In this document: positions 52,201-64,000 of the stretch, piece after piece | How positions within the stretch are numbered: position 1 is the stretch's first letter | Layout: every line of letters starts with the position of its first letter | Origin: Octopus vulgaris | Lineage: Eukaryota | Direction of reading: 5' to 3' | DNA length: 64,000 bases | Assembly: GCA_951406725.2 (NCBI GenBank) | Contig: OX597815.1 | Coordinates: forward strand, 88,350,001-88,414,000 | Position numbers and translations under genes: made by a program | The notes under the pieces: model-generated | What the model was told of the DNA's origin: nothing | The model's database searches: none | Seen by the model: the letters and a program-made list of their open reading frames with translations, nothing else

Positions 52201-53793
52201 TACTCGGTTTGAGAATTTACTCCCTTCTCCTGTTAGCCATGGAGGAACTAAAAATGGTCACGAGCACTGTATTTCCCACGGACTAACCCAAGAGTAAGAG
52301 TTTAATATTTTCTTTGGGAGTGGAATAGAATAGTGTGGAATAGAAACAACTAGGCGAAGAGATAAGGTGCAACGTTATTAATATTCGTTAGCGACTTGCA
52401 GTGATGGAAACAATATTGTAGACTCTTCGTCATTTAGAAACAACTCACTACTCCGAGTGTTGGCATTACTAAGACTACTCGTTAGCTTAGGCTGCTGAGT
52501 TCGAGCTCTCCTGTGAACCCGCATGAAGAAATCAGAAAGCCACATCAGTGCGTATACAGGAGATATCATCACCGCCAATTATCTGTTATATCTCTTTGAA
52601 CACCCGTTAAATGGTTTGCATTCATCACGAAAGAGTAACCATTGTATGTAAAAATATTTACGTCTTCCGTTTATGTATAAATTGTCTCTATAATAAGTCA
52701 AAGCTGTATAATTCCCATAAACAAAGTTAAAAATTTACCTCACTGTTAACATTATTGTTTAAAGAAATTAACCGGAACCTAATTCCAATTTTCGTAGCTT
52801 TAAGTAATTGAGGGAAAAGCTCTTTTCTTAAATGGAGCACTTTTCTATCGCCAATAACTTTACCAGGAAATCTTAGGGTCTATTTTCAACGAGTAAGCAA
52901 ACTGAGGCAATCAGAAATACAAACTATTCCGGTACATTTGTACCCCTGATTTGTTGTGAATAAAAACCAATTCGCTTCTGCAATTGGCTATTATTATCAT
53001 TTCATTTTTGTTTTATTTTAATCTGCTGGATGCTATGTAAATTAAATTATCGACTATTAGTTGTTTGTGGTGGTAATCTTAGCTTCAGTGAAATCTAATT
53101 TGGCGAATAAAATCAGCCTGACGTAAAATGTTTTAATAATCAAGTCGAAAGGAAAAACTAAGTTAAAGCGAAATAGAATCAGCTGTATTGCATAAATGAA
53201 ATTTTCAATCATAGAATCCACTTAAAAAGCAAACGAATTTGTCCCAGCCCAAATATTATAGCAAGTAATAATGGACGGACGATTGATGAGAAGGGCTTGC
53301 TTAATTGGTTGCAAGTTTGCATTTAGATTGGAAAGTATAAAGAAGCGGAAATAAAGTAAAAAACAACACATTCTGACGTTGAGAAATTTTCTTAAAAGAA
53401 AATCCTTGTTAATTACTTGTAAAAAGAATTAAAAGCTTGAGGCGAATTATTTGGTATTAAATGTTTCATAACAGAAATCGAAATATCAAAATTCGCTGGT
53501 GGGTTCTTGAGGAGTAGGAGAGAAAACTTTAAGCATTATTAGGGATATTATTATCTTAAGGGGTCAGTTGGTTTTATGGAACTCAGCTTGAATATTTCAT
53601 TTCATTTCATGTGGAGAGCTTTGATTTCTTAGATTCTGCCTTCCATCCTTTTGGGAGCCATATTTCGTTCTATATTCGAGTGCATTAGAGCGTCTACTTT
53701 TCAGAGTAAATATTGTTTGTAGGTCGGTAAGTCCTTTTCCTCCCCTTCCTCTCTGTCTTACTTTTCTTTTCCTTTTATCAGGCACCTTAAAGT

Positions 53794-55007
53794 ATGTTTC
53801 AGAATTAGACACGAAGAAAATCTCAATCGAAACATTAAAAACACGCAAACCACACCTAATCGAACCCTTTAAATTGATAATCTTTTTGGAATTTCTCTTC
53901 TCAATAACTAAGCTTTAATAACTTCCAAACGTCTGCTTTAAATCTCGCCAAAAGCTCCTGTTCTACATCAATTCAAGAGCTCATATAAGCAATAGTTCTT
54001 GATCTTGTTCAGAAATCACTTGGGCATAGACTGTGTTGGTCAAATATTCATTTATTGTTTTGCAGAAGGCAACAGTTTGTTTTTGTGGTTTAATTGATTA
54101 AATGAATTCCATTACATGTTTTGGTATTTGATTTGATGAATCCAGAGTAATGAAAGAATCAGCTTTCATGTGATTTGAACTCAGAACGTAAAGATAACAA
54201 ATTAAATACTATTAAGCATATGATCCAGCACGCTATCGTTTTTGACTATCTTTGTATTGGTTAAATATTACGTACAGTTTGTGATACAGGAAACACGCAA
54301 CTGGACGCGCCGATCTGCGGATGGGTTTTTAAAAAAAATTTCTGTGTGTTAAACGGTGGAACAAATCTATTTCTAGATATGACACGAGACTAATTTTCTC
54401 ACGAAAGAAATAAAAACTTAGAATTGAAATCCTACAGTGGTGAACTATATCTTCTTGTAGTATGATTTGCATGTATGTGATTTATACCGTTGAAAAATTA
54501 GGTTGTTTAATTGCTAAAAATGTAGTGCTAGTTAACAGATCTTTCATCACTAAGTAAATTGTTCTGATACATCTATTTGATCAGTGACGGCTCTCAATAT
54601 TAGAAAAATTGTAACCGGAGTCGTAAGTTGTAGTAGAGTATTGACGTCACTCAACATAGGATGTTTCAAAATTAGACACATGTAATGGAATTCATTTAAT
54701 CAATTAAACCACAAAAACAAACTGTTGCCTTCTGCAATGCAATAAATGAATATTTGACCAACAGTCTACTTTATGCCCAAGTGATTTCTGAACAAGGTCA
54801 AGAACTATTGCTTATATGAGCTCTTGAACTGCTGTGGAACAGAAGCTTTTGGCGAGATTTAAAGCAGACGGTTGGAAGTTATTAAAGCTTAGTTACTGGG
54901 AAGAGAAATTCCAAAAAAATTATCAATTTAAAGGGTTCGATTAGGTGTAGTTTTGCATGTTTTTAATGTTTCCATTGAGATTTTCTTCGTGTCTAATTTT
55001 GAAACAT
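53794..55007. repeat. ~325-bp local inverted duplication
   Basis: 53794-54119 is the reverse complement of 54678-55007 with scattered mismatches. The spacer is about 560 bp. Confidence 0.92.
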
Positions 55008-58000
55008 TATAATTTTGGCAGAATCGTTAAAGAGTCGGTGAAAATATCTTGTAGTATTTCTTCCGATTCTTCACCTTGTGAGGTCATTTTATTTTTTCAT
55101 TCCTCCGAGGTCGATAAAATCAATCAAGTATTTGGATTGATGGTATCTACTAAGCTCCCTCCTATCAAATTTTATTGCTGGCCTTAGAAATCACTATTGT
55201 CTTATTTTCTTCATCTCGCTCTTGTGACAAAGCGCTTACCTTGATTTTGTTTTAGTTTAGTTGCAGACCAATTAAAGACATTTCAATATGACCATCGCGT
55301 TTTTTTTCTGTTTATTTTCAATTGGAATTCACAGATAACTTATTTACAGTGTTTAGATTAACTGCGGTGCGTCAAATATAATTGCCTCTAATTTAGAGAA
55401 AAGGCCAGCAGTTTAAGAGAGAGTGACTCAGTCGATTATATCGATCCCAGTACTCTACTGATACTTTATTTTATCGACCCAGGACAGATGAAAGGCAAAA
55501 ACTGACCGTAGTGGGATTTGAACTCAGAACGTAAATGACGCTATAATAATTTTGCCAATCCTGCCCTGAGATAACGTCTAATAATGTGAGCTTTTGCATG
55601 TGAAAGACTTGCTAATCGATCATAAAGAGTTCATTAAATCTCCAATCTCCTTTAGGCTTCTTCCAGCGATGAATTTCACATGACCTAACTATTCCCCAAA
55701 TAAGGGATAACAGCTCCATTTAGACTTTCCGATAACCCACCAATCCAGCAACCCCATCTCTTCTAAATGTGATACTGTGGCATAAACTCGTAAAAGTAAT
55801 CTCATAATCGCACAAGATAGCAGATTCATACAAAAGAAAATTGTGAATTGTGACGATTAGGATTTCACCCCAAAGGCCTTAGCGATATTAGAGGCGCGTA
55901 TTCAAACTTCAGTAACGATAACTTAAAAGAACGAAAAGGAAGGAAAAAGATTCTTATGGATTGATATATTCACGATTAAAGCAACAACAGTCGTAATAGT
56001 TGCAGCCAAATATTAGTTTTGCGTTACAACTCATTCCGCATACTTGATACATATAAAGTAGCAGCAGTGTATATATATACTAGCTTCATTATATACATTT
56101 CTGCGATCTTTCCTTTAGCTATATCACAGAAGTGGTCAAATGGAATGTGGCCCATTTCTTTTTCGATATGCTTCCATCTTAAATGATGATAGCAAAGGTT
56201 GAAGTTTATCTTTGCAGGATCGTATATAAATGAATAGCTTAATGTGAATCGAGCGTAATGCTTCTTCAGCGAAGTTGCCGTCTGTTTAATTCTTTAATAT
56301 ATCTATTAATACCATAGATATATGTTTGATTTTTCGATTGATGGTTTATCATTGATAACAGCAATCGGATGATAAGCAGGAGTTGATATTGTTGGCAAGA
56401 GATAGTATTTAAAACTTCGGATTAAAAGTAACAAAGGGCTCTGGTGTCATTTAAACAGGAACCAGTTGTACCCGAATCTTTAATGCTGTGAAAGAAATCA
56501 AATAATTAGATGGAAAGATCTCTTGGTTAATAAGATTATATGATTATGTGAGGGTATTTTTGGTGATAAAAGATATTTCAGAATCATTCACAAGATTTGC
56601 TGAAGAAACGAAATTTTGACTTAATGAGTTTAGAAGAGGAAAGAAGTGATAAGAGAACGCTGTGGTTAGTTAAATTGGAAGATTGATAATGATAAAGTTG
56701 TGTCCACTGCTTAAGTTTGGCCGCCATGAAATCTGTTGAGAAGATAAATTTCAGTTTTGCTAATCACATTCCATCGCAGATAACTTCGTTTTAATTTTAA
56801 CACAGATTTCACCAGGAAGAAAACTGGGTCATGCGCCCCTGCTCTGTACTGCTTATTGTCGCTAGTAAATACCTCTATCGTGTTCACTGACAGTCTACGA
56901 CTTGTACAAATTTAAACTTTCTTAGTTTGAGCTACTCCTCTCTACTAAATACTTTCATTTATTTATTTATTAAATGATATCTACTATGAATCTTCAATAA
57001 GTTTCGGTCGCATTTCTACGAATTGGTTACTGACATAAATCTACTCCAGTGGAAGTGCGTCAGTGACCAAATTGCAGAAATACTACGAAGCTTTTTGGTA
57101 CTTCTTATTAGAAATGCCATTTGATGAATGAACAACAGAGCATGGAACTGTGTTCGTAAATGACTGAAATGCCTCTTGCCTTGTAATTGATTTAATTTCA
57201 ACTGATAATCTCAGATCAAGCCACTGGCCAAACAGACCCAACTTCGAAATTCCAAAAATACATGCAGACACTAAACATTATCTTTCGGGTTGTTAAAATA
57301 AGTGCCAGTTCAGCATTGGGGTCGATGTAATCGACTAGCCCTATCCCCACAAAATGTCAGGTCTTGTGCCTAAGTGTTATTCTCAAACCTCAAATTTAGC
57401 ATGTTAGATTCTTGAGGTGTTTCTAAGAGAAACTGGCTTACCAAACAAATTTCAGAAGAATCTAACGTGCAACTGTCTGCCTCAAATAAAAGATCTTCCA
57501 TTCAGCTTTAATTTAGAACTTCAAAGATATAAAGAGATGCGTTCAAATGTCTTTTACCATTTAGATGAGGTAATAAATTGTCAAACTAAGTACTGATACA
57601 CAGATTATGAAAGGAAATACATTAGGTTTTAGGTGGCTATCAGGCACTCTGTCTCGAAACAGTAATAAAATATTCTTAATAATTAATGAAGATTCAAATA
57701 AGAAACAAAACCTAAAAGAAACACATCAGTATGAAACAATGGACAATATAATATTTATATAACACCCATTATTATTTCTCTTAATACCACAAAATTGCTA
57801 ACAACAATAAAGATAGCATAAATCATAGAAGTAGATGCAATTGTAGTAAAAACAGCAGCAACTTGTTTCTGGATATAAATTAGCTTAGCTCTTTATTGCA
57901 AAGATAATATGAACCAACACGTGGAAGTTTTTACATAGTTATTAAACTTGCTAGAAATAGCAGCCGAATAAACTTCAACTTATATCCTACCATCTTAAAA

Positions 58001-58074
58001 ATGGATTAGCGTGAGGTTTCTATTTCTCCTGTATTCAAACAATAAAATAAAATGCCAGGTGATGATTTGAATAG

Positions 58075-58640
58075 GCGCGAATAGGCGTGTGTGACTAAGT
58101 TCGCTTCGCAACCACTTGGGTTCGGGTTCAGCTCCACTCTGCAGAATTTTGGGCAGGTGTCTTCTGGCATAGTTCTGGGTTGATAAATGTTTTGCCACGC
58201 ACACATGTATATGCGTATTTGTCCCCACTATCATTTGGTAACTGGTATTGGTGTTTATAAGGTGGCGAGCTGGCAGAAACGTTAGCACACCGGACGAAAT
58301 GCTTAGCGGTATTCCGTCTGCCGCTACGTTCTGAGTTCAAATTCCGCCGAGGTCGACTTTGCCTTTCATCCTTTCGGGGGTCGATTAAATAAGTACCAGT
58401 TATGCACTGGGGTCGATATAATCGACTTAATCTGTCTGCCTGTCCTTGTTTGTCCTTTCTGTGTTTAGCCCCTTGTGGGTAGTAAAGAAATAGGTATGTC
58501 GTAACTTAGCAGTTCGATTAGAGACCCAATAGCATGAGTACCAGGTGTAAAATAAGTACAGGAATCAATTTGTTCGTCTAACACTACATGATCCAGCAAG
58601 GCCGCAGTCCTATGATTGAAAGAAGTGAAAAAGTAAAAGT
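58075..58640 (+). mobile_element. Old SINE B interrupted by a young SINE A (58261-58492)
   Basis: Degenerate B head and core at 58075-58258 resume as the B tail at about 58497-58640. Confidence 0.8.
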
Positions 58641-59722
58641 CTGTGCGATCAAAGGTGACGTGGGATTAAACAACTTCTACTTTCAGTACGTGGAAAATAC
58701 CTTGTTTATAGCTAAGGCCTAAAAGTGCAATATATCTCTACAGTACTTGATATTATTATTCCACAACAAATGAACTGGAATTTAGAAATGTTAAGCACGA
58801 AAATAAATACCTTAACACATTTAGTTGCTCTTATTGCTGTATATTCCTAAATGAACAAACCGAATATATCCATGATTAAAGTCATCAACTATACTATCCT
58901 TTTTTCAGACCGAATGCATTATGGTATTGCATTGTTCAATGTGTCATGCCAGTTTTTAAAGACATAAGGAAGCATTCTGAGGTTGATTTGGTTGCTATTA
59001 CTGGTAAGTCTTGACCAAAAAGAGATTCCACTTTTTAGCTCTCAAAACTAGCAATTTATATGTGGCAAATGAATGAGTGGAATAAGATTATTCATGAAGA
59101 TAAGGGCCTTTATTTGTTCGTTACAAAATAAGATACAACTTCTTCGAGTTGTTGTACAATAGATTGTTTACTCTTCTGTTATCCATTCTGTAGTTAGTTA
59201 AGTTCATCTTTTATTGACTGCTAGAAGGACAGACGGAAGAAGAAGAGGAGGAAAGAGTAGGAGAATTGACCTCTCTATGTTGAAAAGTAGAGAGGGTGAA
59301 AGTCCTTTTGTTTTGCTGCGGCGACAAACCATACGTGAAGAGAGAAACAGACAGATGTGCCCTTTGGGGAAGGCACCCAACGAAAGAAGTACAATCGATT
59401 TTAGGTTCCGTATTTATATTTTGTCTAACTAAATTAGGTCAGTCTGAACGAAATATTTCTGTGTTACCTTGTCTAAACCCTATTTAACCTAAGAATCTTC
59501 AGCAGTCTCTCAGACCTAACTAAACATAGCAGTTGTCTCATAAATTTCTTGGTGCAAAAACGGAGAACAGCAAGAAAAAATTCGTAGGAAAATATAGATT
59601 CGATTTTGAATCTTGGCTTAAAATCTAGAACGCTATTCATTATTAAACATTTAGTGGAGACGCACTATTGCTTCAGATTTTTTAAACTCTATTCAACGTA
59701 AATTTCTGCCACTGTAAAACAC

Positions 59723-59772
<50 letters not shown>

Positions 59773-60489
59773 AGCCAAATATTTTTACAAGAGGTAATTC
59801 AAATGTGGACTAGATATATAATTAACAGACTAGAGCACAATTTATTCTGTCTGAAAGTGTAAAAGAATAAGTACAAATAATCACATCAACCGCAACACAA
59901 CAAAACCACAACATAATTAGCGTCGATGATGAAGATGACAGCAAGAAAAATGAAGTACAAAAAAATATAGCTGGTAAAATGCCGTGAAAGATAATATCAC
60001 CTCCAAAGTCCAAGTAGAAATCTTACGCTTATCGATTTACTTTTTGTGACGCTAAATTTTACGAACTTGATGGCTGACCACTTTCTTTTTTTAAAGGTCC
60101 ATATGTTTTTAATGTAGATATTTCTTGTCACAGAATCATGCACCGTAAATCAGATGCTCAACATTCTGTTAACTACATCGGTTTGTATTTTTATTTATTT
60201 ATGTATTCATTCATTTATTTATACGACAAAAGTCAGCTGTCACTGTCTCGAAATTGATTGGTGAAGTTGTTCAGAAAGACAGTCGAAATTGACGTTTTGT
60301 AACAATCACACATCAGTTTCGAATGTCTTGCGACATTGTACCCAGGCAGTGGCGTGGTAAAAAAAACGAAGTTATGTGAGTGCTATAAACTTAAACGCAT
60401 TTTTGGTACACATGGCATACTAACCTATTAGGTTTACTTCTTAATAGCTGCTTTTTTCACTTGCTGAATCTGACAGAAGAGGTAGTGAC

Positions 60490-61020
60490 CATGATCATTG
60501 CAGTCCCAACCCAGGCCAATATGGTTTATGTCTGTTACTGGTTAACACCTTTTCAGAGGGCCGTCGTTCTGGGGAGAAGGACCATGGAAAGTTGTTAGAG
60601 CAGAGCCAGGGTGGATTAGACTCAAGGTAGACGCGAGATAGAGAGGCGAGTGGATGAATGGTCCTTAAGTGGTAGAGGTATGAAACCAACCAGCTCAGAG
60701 GAGCAGAAACGGTTATAATATCGCGAGAAAAGACAGAGAGAAGACAGCATGTTTGTGGGACAGAGGTTGGAGTATGTCCGTTTGTGACTGAATGCCGCTC
60801 AGTTGACTGGTCCTTCTCTGGATGCAGTCTGTATGTGATAGCATCATCATCATCCCAGGTGTGGGTGCTGTATTTCATTGTAGGATTCACTTGAGCCTAA
60901 AGACAGCATTCAGGGTCCTTCTTAGGGTCTCTGTGACCGAAGGGAAGAAAGAAGAGGAATTATGCTTGCCAAAGAGTGAACTCCACTCAATGTACCAAAA
61001 TGTCAGAGTTTGGTACATCT
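60490..61020 (-). pseudogene. LINE RT C-terminal fragment (Jockey/CR1-like)
   Basis: MKYSTHTWD resembles MEYCSHIWD. It is followed by frameshifted blocks resembling LQPLSHRRAV.SL..FYRYYNG.CSSEL and FFPRT..LW. Confidence 0.65.
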
Positions 61021-62248
61021 AGCGGAGTCTTACTCTGTTTACTGATTTAATACCGGTTAGCATAACCTCTCTCAGTTTAACCAACGGAGAGAGTATACAT
61101 CCCATGAACAGAGACGGTCACTCTAACGAGCTTAACAATTTCCTTCTCCCAAGTCCTCTCATAGAGCATTGGTTTACTAAATGATATGGTAGAATCAGGT
61201 AACCAAGATGTATCGTAATAAGATTAAACCAAAAATTACGGAAGTGCAAAGCAAACTTAACCATGCAGATATGTCTGCTCCTTTATAACAGTATATATCA
61301 ATTGAAGCCTAATTTAGATAAAAACGGAAAAGATAAGGTTTGTATCACGAACAATCGTTACCTCTCTAGTACGATATTACCTCTTCAGTAAGAAATATTT
61401 TCATGGAAATCCTTAGTGTTAAGTTATCCACTTTATGGTATATGCCCATAAATGGCGAGCTGAATTATGCTAGTAAGTAAAACTAAATCCAGTTTCAAGA
61501 CCAACCTATACGCCTTGGGAATCTAATTTGTGAGTGAATACTTGTATTTTACCCCCAAGAAAGATTTGAACTCAGCACTTTAAGCTAAGAAAACCCACAT
61601 TAAATATTGAGTTTCTGTTCTTGGCAATGCTACAAGCGTGCTGTACATGCATATTGAACCTATTTATAATTTAGTGGTCTACATCATGGAAAGACAAAAT
61701 GTTTTGGGTAGGGATGCAATATCGATAATAGGATACAAATCGTCGGTTCATTGACTGTTAACCGGATATCTTATGGAGTTAGCCAACTATAAATCTTCCC
61801 GGTATTATTGATACGGATTTTATTGGTAAATTTTATATATATATATGAGAGAGAGAGAGAGAACGTCTTAATGATATATGCAAAAATGTTTAAACCAGTG
61901 GGACAAATAAATGAAAATTGACTTACCCGAAACTACTAAACTGCAACTTTTTTTCTCCCGAAATCTGACACGATTATTCACTAAAACAGCAAAAACAAGC
62001 AAAAAAATATTAATAAGTATTAGTAGTAACAAAAATGGAAAAAGAAAATTTAAAACACTTTGAATAATATGAGAAGACATCAGAGCATTGATAATTTCGA
62101 ATAAAATATCTTAACTAAAAAATAGGCTTAACTAAAAATCCCGTTTCCAACAATGGTGCAACTGAAGACTGCCTTCATAACTGTTAAATAGTGGAATTTA
62201 TAGGTTATCGGTTTATGTCATGAAGTCGCAAAGGCTTTGCGTATAAGG

Positions 62249-62701
62249 CAGTGGGTCTCAATCTTCTTGTCTCCATGACACATTAGATCAGGGGTTTTAA
62301 GACGGTGTGTATATCCCATCGGTGGGACGTGGCTATATTTTGATGCTAGTGGGATACTTCAGAATGGGGGTAGGGTAAATAACTGAATAAAACTCTTGAA
62401 ACTCGAGATTAAATAAAAAAATTACTGGCGAACTGGGGATCGAATAATTACTGACTTACATAGCATAAAAGGTAGACAAGAACAATGTTTTAAAGTTAGA
62501 AATATACTAAAAATGTGTTACTTTGTTTCATTAAATCTTGAATATGTCCAGCAAAATTGTGAATAACAATTTTTTAAAGATGGTCAAACATTAACATAGA
62601 TTTTGTAAAACCTTCAATCATATTTGAAATTCTGATTGCATTTTGAAAATGCTATTAGACACTGTAAGTGACGTACTGCGGCACACAGTTGAGAATAACT
62701 G
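62249..62701. mobile_element. Degenerate hAT MITE(s)
   Basis: Ends CAGTGGGTCTCAA and TTGAGAATAACTG, with a second left-end-like CAGGGGTTTT at 62289. No TSD is recognisable. Confidence 0.4.
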
Positions 62702-64000
62702 AGAAAAGATGTCCAAATGTCATATAACGAGCGACATTTATTAAAGTTCGGAAATTTAGCTAAGATCATATGTTGTGAAGATAGACGAGACTATTGATAT
62801 TTCGAGTAAAGTCCTTGGTCGGAGTCTAAATGTTAATATCTTCATACCCTGCGCCATATAACCGCACCAAGAACTTTCAACTTTACTCAATGATTTTGTC
62901 GATTTAGAATCCTTTTAGTTTTCTCGGACTAATTCTTATTTAATTAGTCAGATGTACGGTTCTGTCTCAACCATATTACTGTCTGATTAGGCAACGAAAT
63001 TAATCCTTCATCCCAATTAACTCATCCTATAACACAAATGAAACACTTTAATCAATAGATAATTGGGTTCTTTTGACTAAGCAAAAATGATTGTACATTT
63101 TTGGGTGCAATTGCAGCAATCACGCCTTTCCCAAGGACAGCAAAAGTACTATTGAAATGAATGAAAACAGTTGTTGATGGTTATTTGCTAAAGAATAAGA
63201 GTCGAAATTCTAACCGTTGCAAGCTCGAATCGCTCCATCATACACATATGAAGAGCAATCTTTGGACAAGTCGCCTGTAACCAGAAGTTGGATTGGATTC
63301 AGTATTAATCATCACAATTGAAGTGAACAACATATTTAAACAAAGCCTTGAAAAAATTCTTAGAAAAAACCGTAAAAGACAAAAAAACACAATAAGAACA
63401 TAAATTTGGCTTTGTTTGGAAATGTTAAAAAAATTAATTTAAAAAAAAATAAATATAAAGAAATAAACTCTTGTCCAATTTCTATAGGAAGATATTTTCT
63501 TTCAGTTTTGAATGAACCCGAAACAACAAGAACTACAACAAAATGTATGTATTTAGAAATGTCATTTCTGTTTAGTTTGAAATCATTAGAAGTAAAGTTA
63601 TAAAATGGAGAACAAATGGATAAATCATAAACAACAATAACAAACTCGACCATAAAACATCGGCAGTATTACAACAACGATGACAACATCATCAACAGTG
63701 CAAACACAGGAACAATAATAACGACGACGACGGGAATAAGCCTGAAATAGAAATTGTTATAATAGAAAGGAAACAAAAAATGGGAAAATAATTCAAGCGA
63801 TTCGAAAAATAAGACTGAACGTGTCAAAAAATACTTGAGATACACTTTGAAAGAAACAACAACAACCAACGACAATAACCACAATTATAACAACAAAAAT
63901 TGCTATTTATGCATTTTGCATCAACTTATATGTTTGAATAATAATAATAGATAATAATAATAATAATAAAAGGCAAAACGAAAAAGAGAAATATTCCATT

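Overview
AT-rich, microsatellite-dense eukaryotic DNA. The SINE, RTE and Penelope repertoire looks like a coleoid cephalopod, most likely Octopus; this is an inference from recalled repeat families. One spliced host gene is well supported: a minus-strand MIEAP/SPATA18-domain gene with four phase-compatible exons (12161-12503, 10143-10353, 8604-8789, 6330-6614). A candidate first coding exon at 35776-35791 would give a 346-aa protein. The rest is transposon-derived: at least three tRNA-SINE types, RTE and Jockey/CR1-like LINE fragments, two non-autonomous Helitrons, mariner/Tc1 and hAT relics, and MITEs. The most unusual signal is a set of short, sequence-unrelated fold-back elements carrying minimal hammerhead-ribozyme cores (538-898, 36377-36743, 43690-43809; lone motifs at 37300 and 42104). 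These are best read as non-autonomous Penelope-like or retrozyme-like elements. One of them is fused to a tRNA-type Pol III promoter and has a 12-bp TSD. Most ORFs in the supplied track are repeat artefacts.
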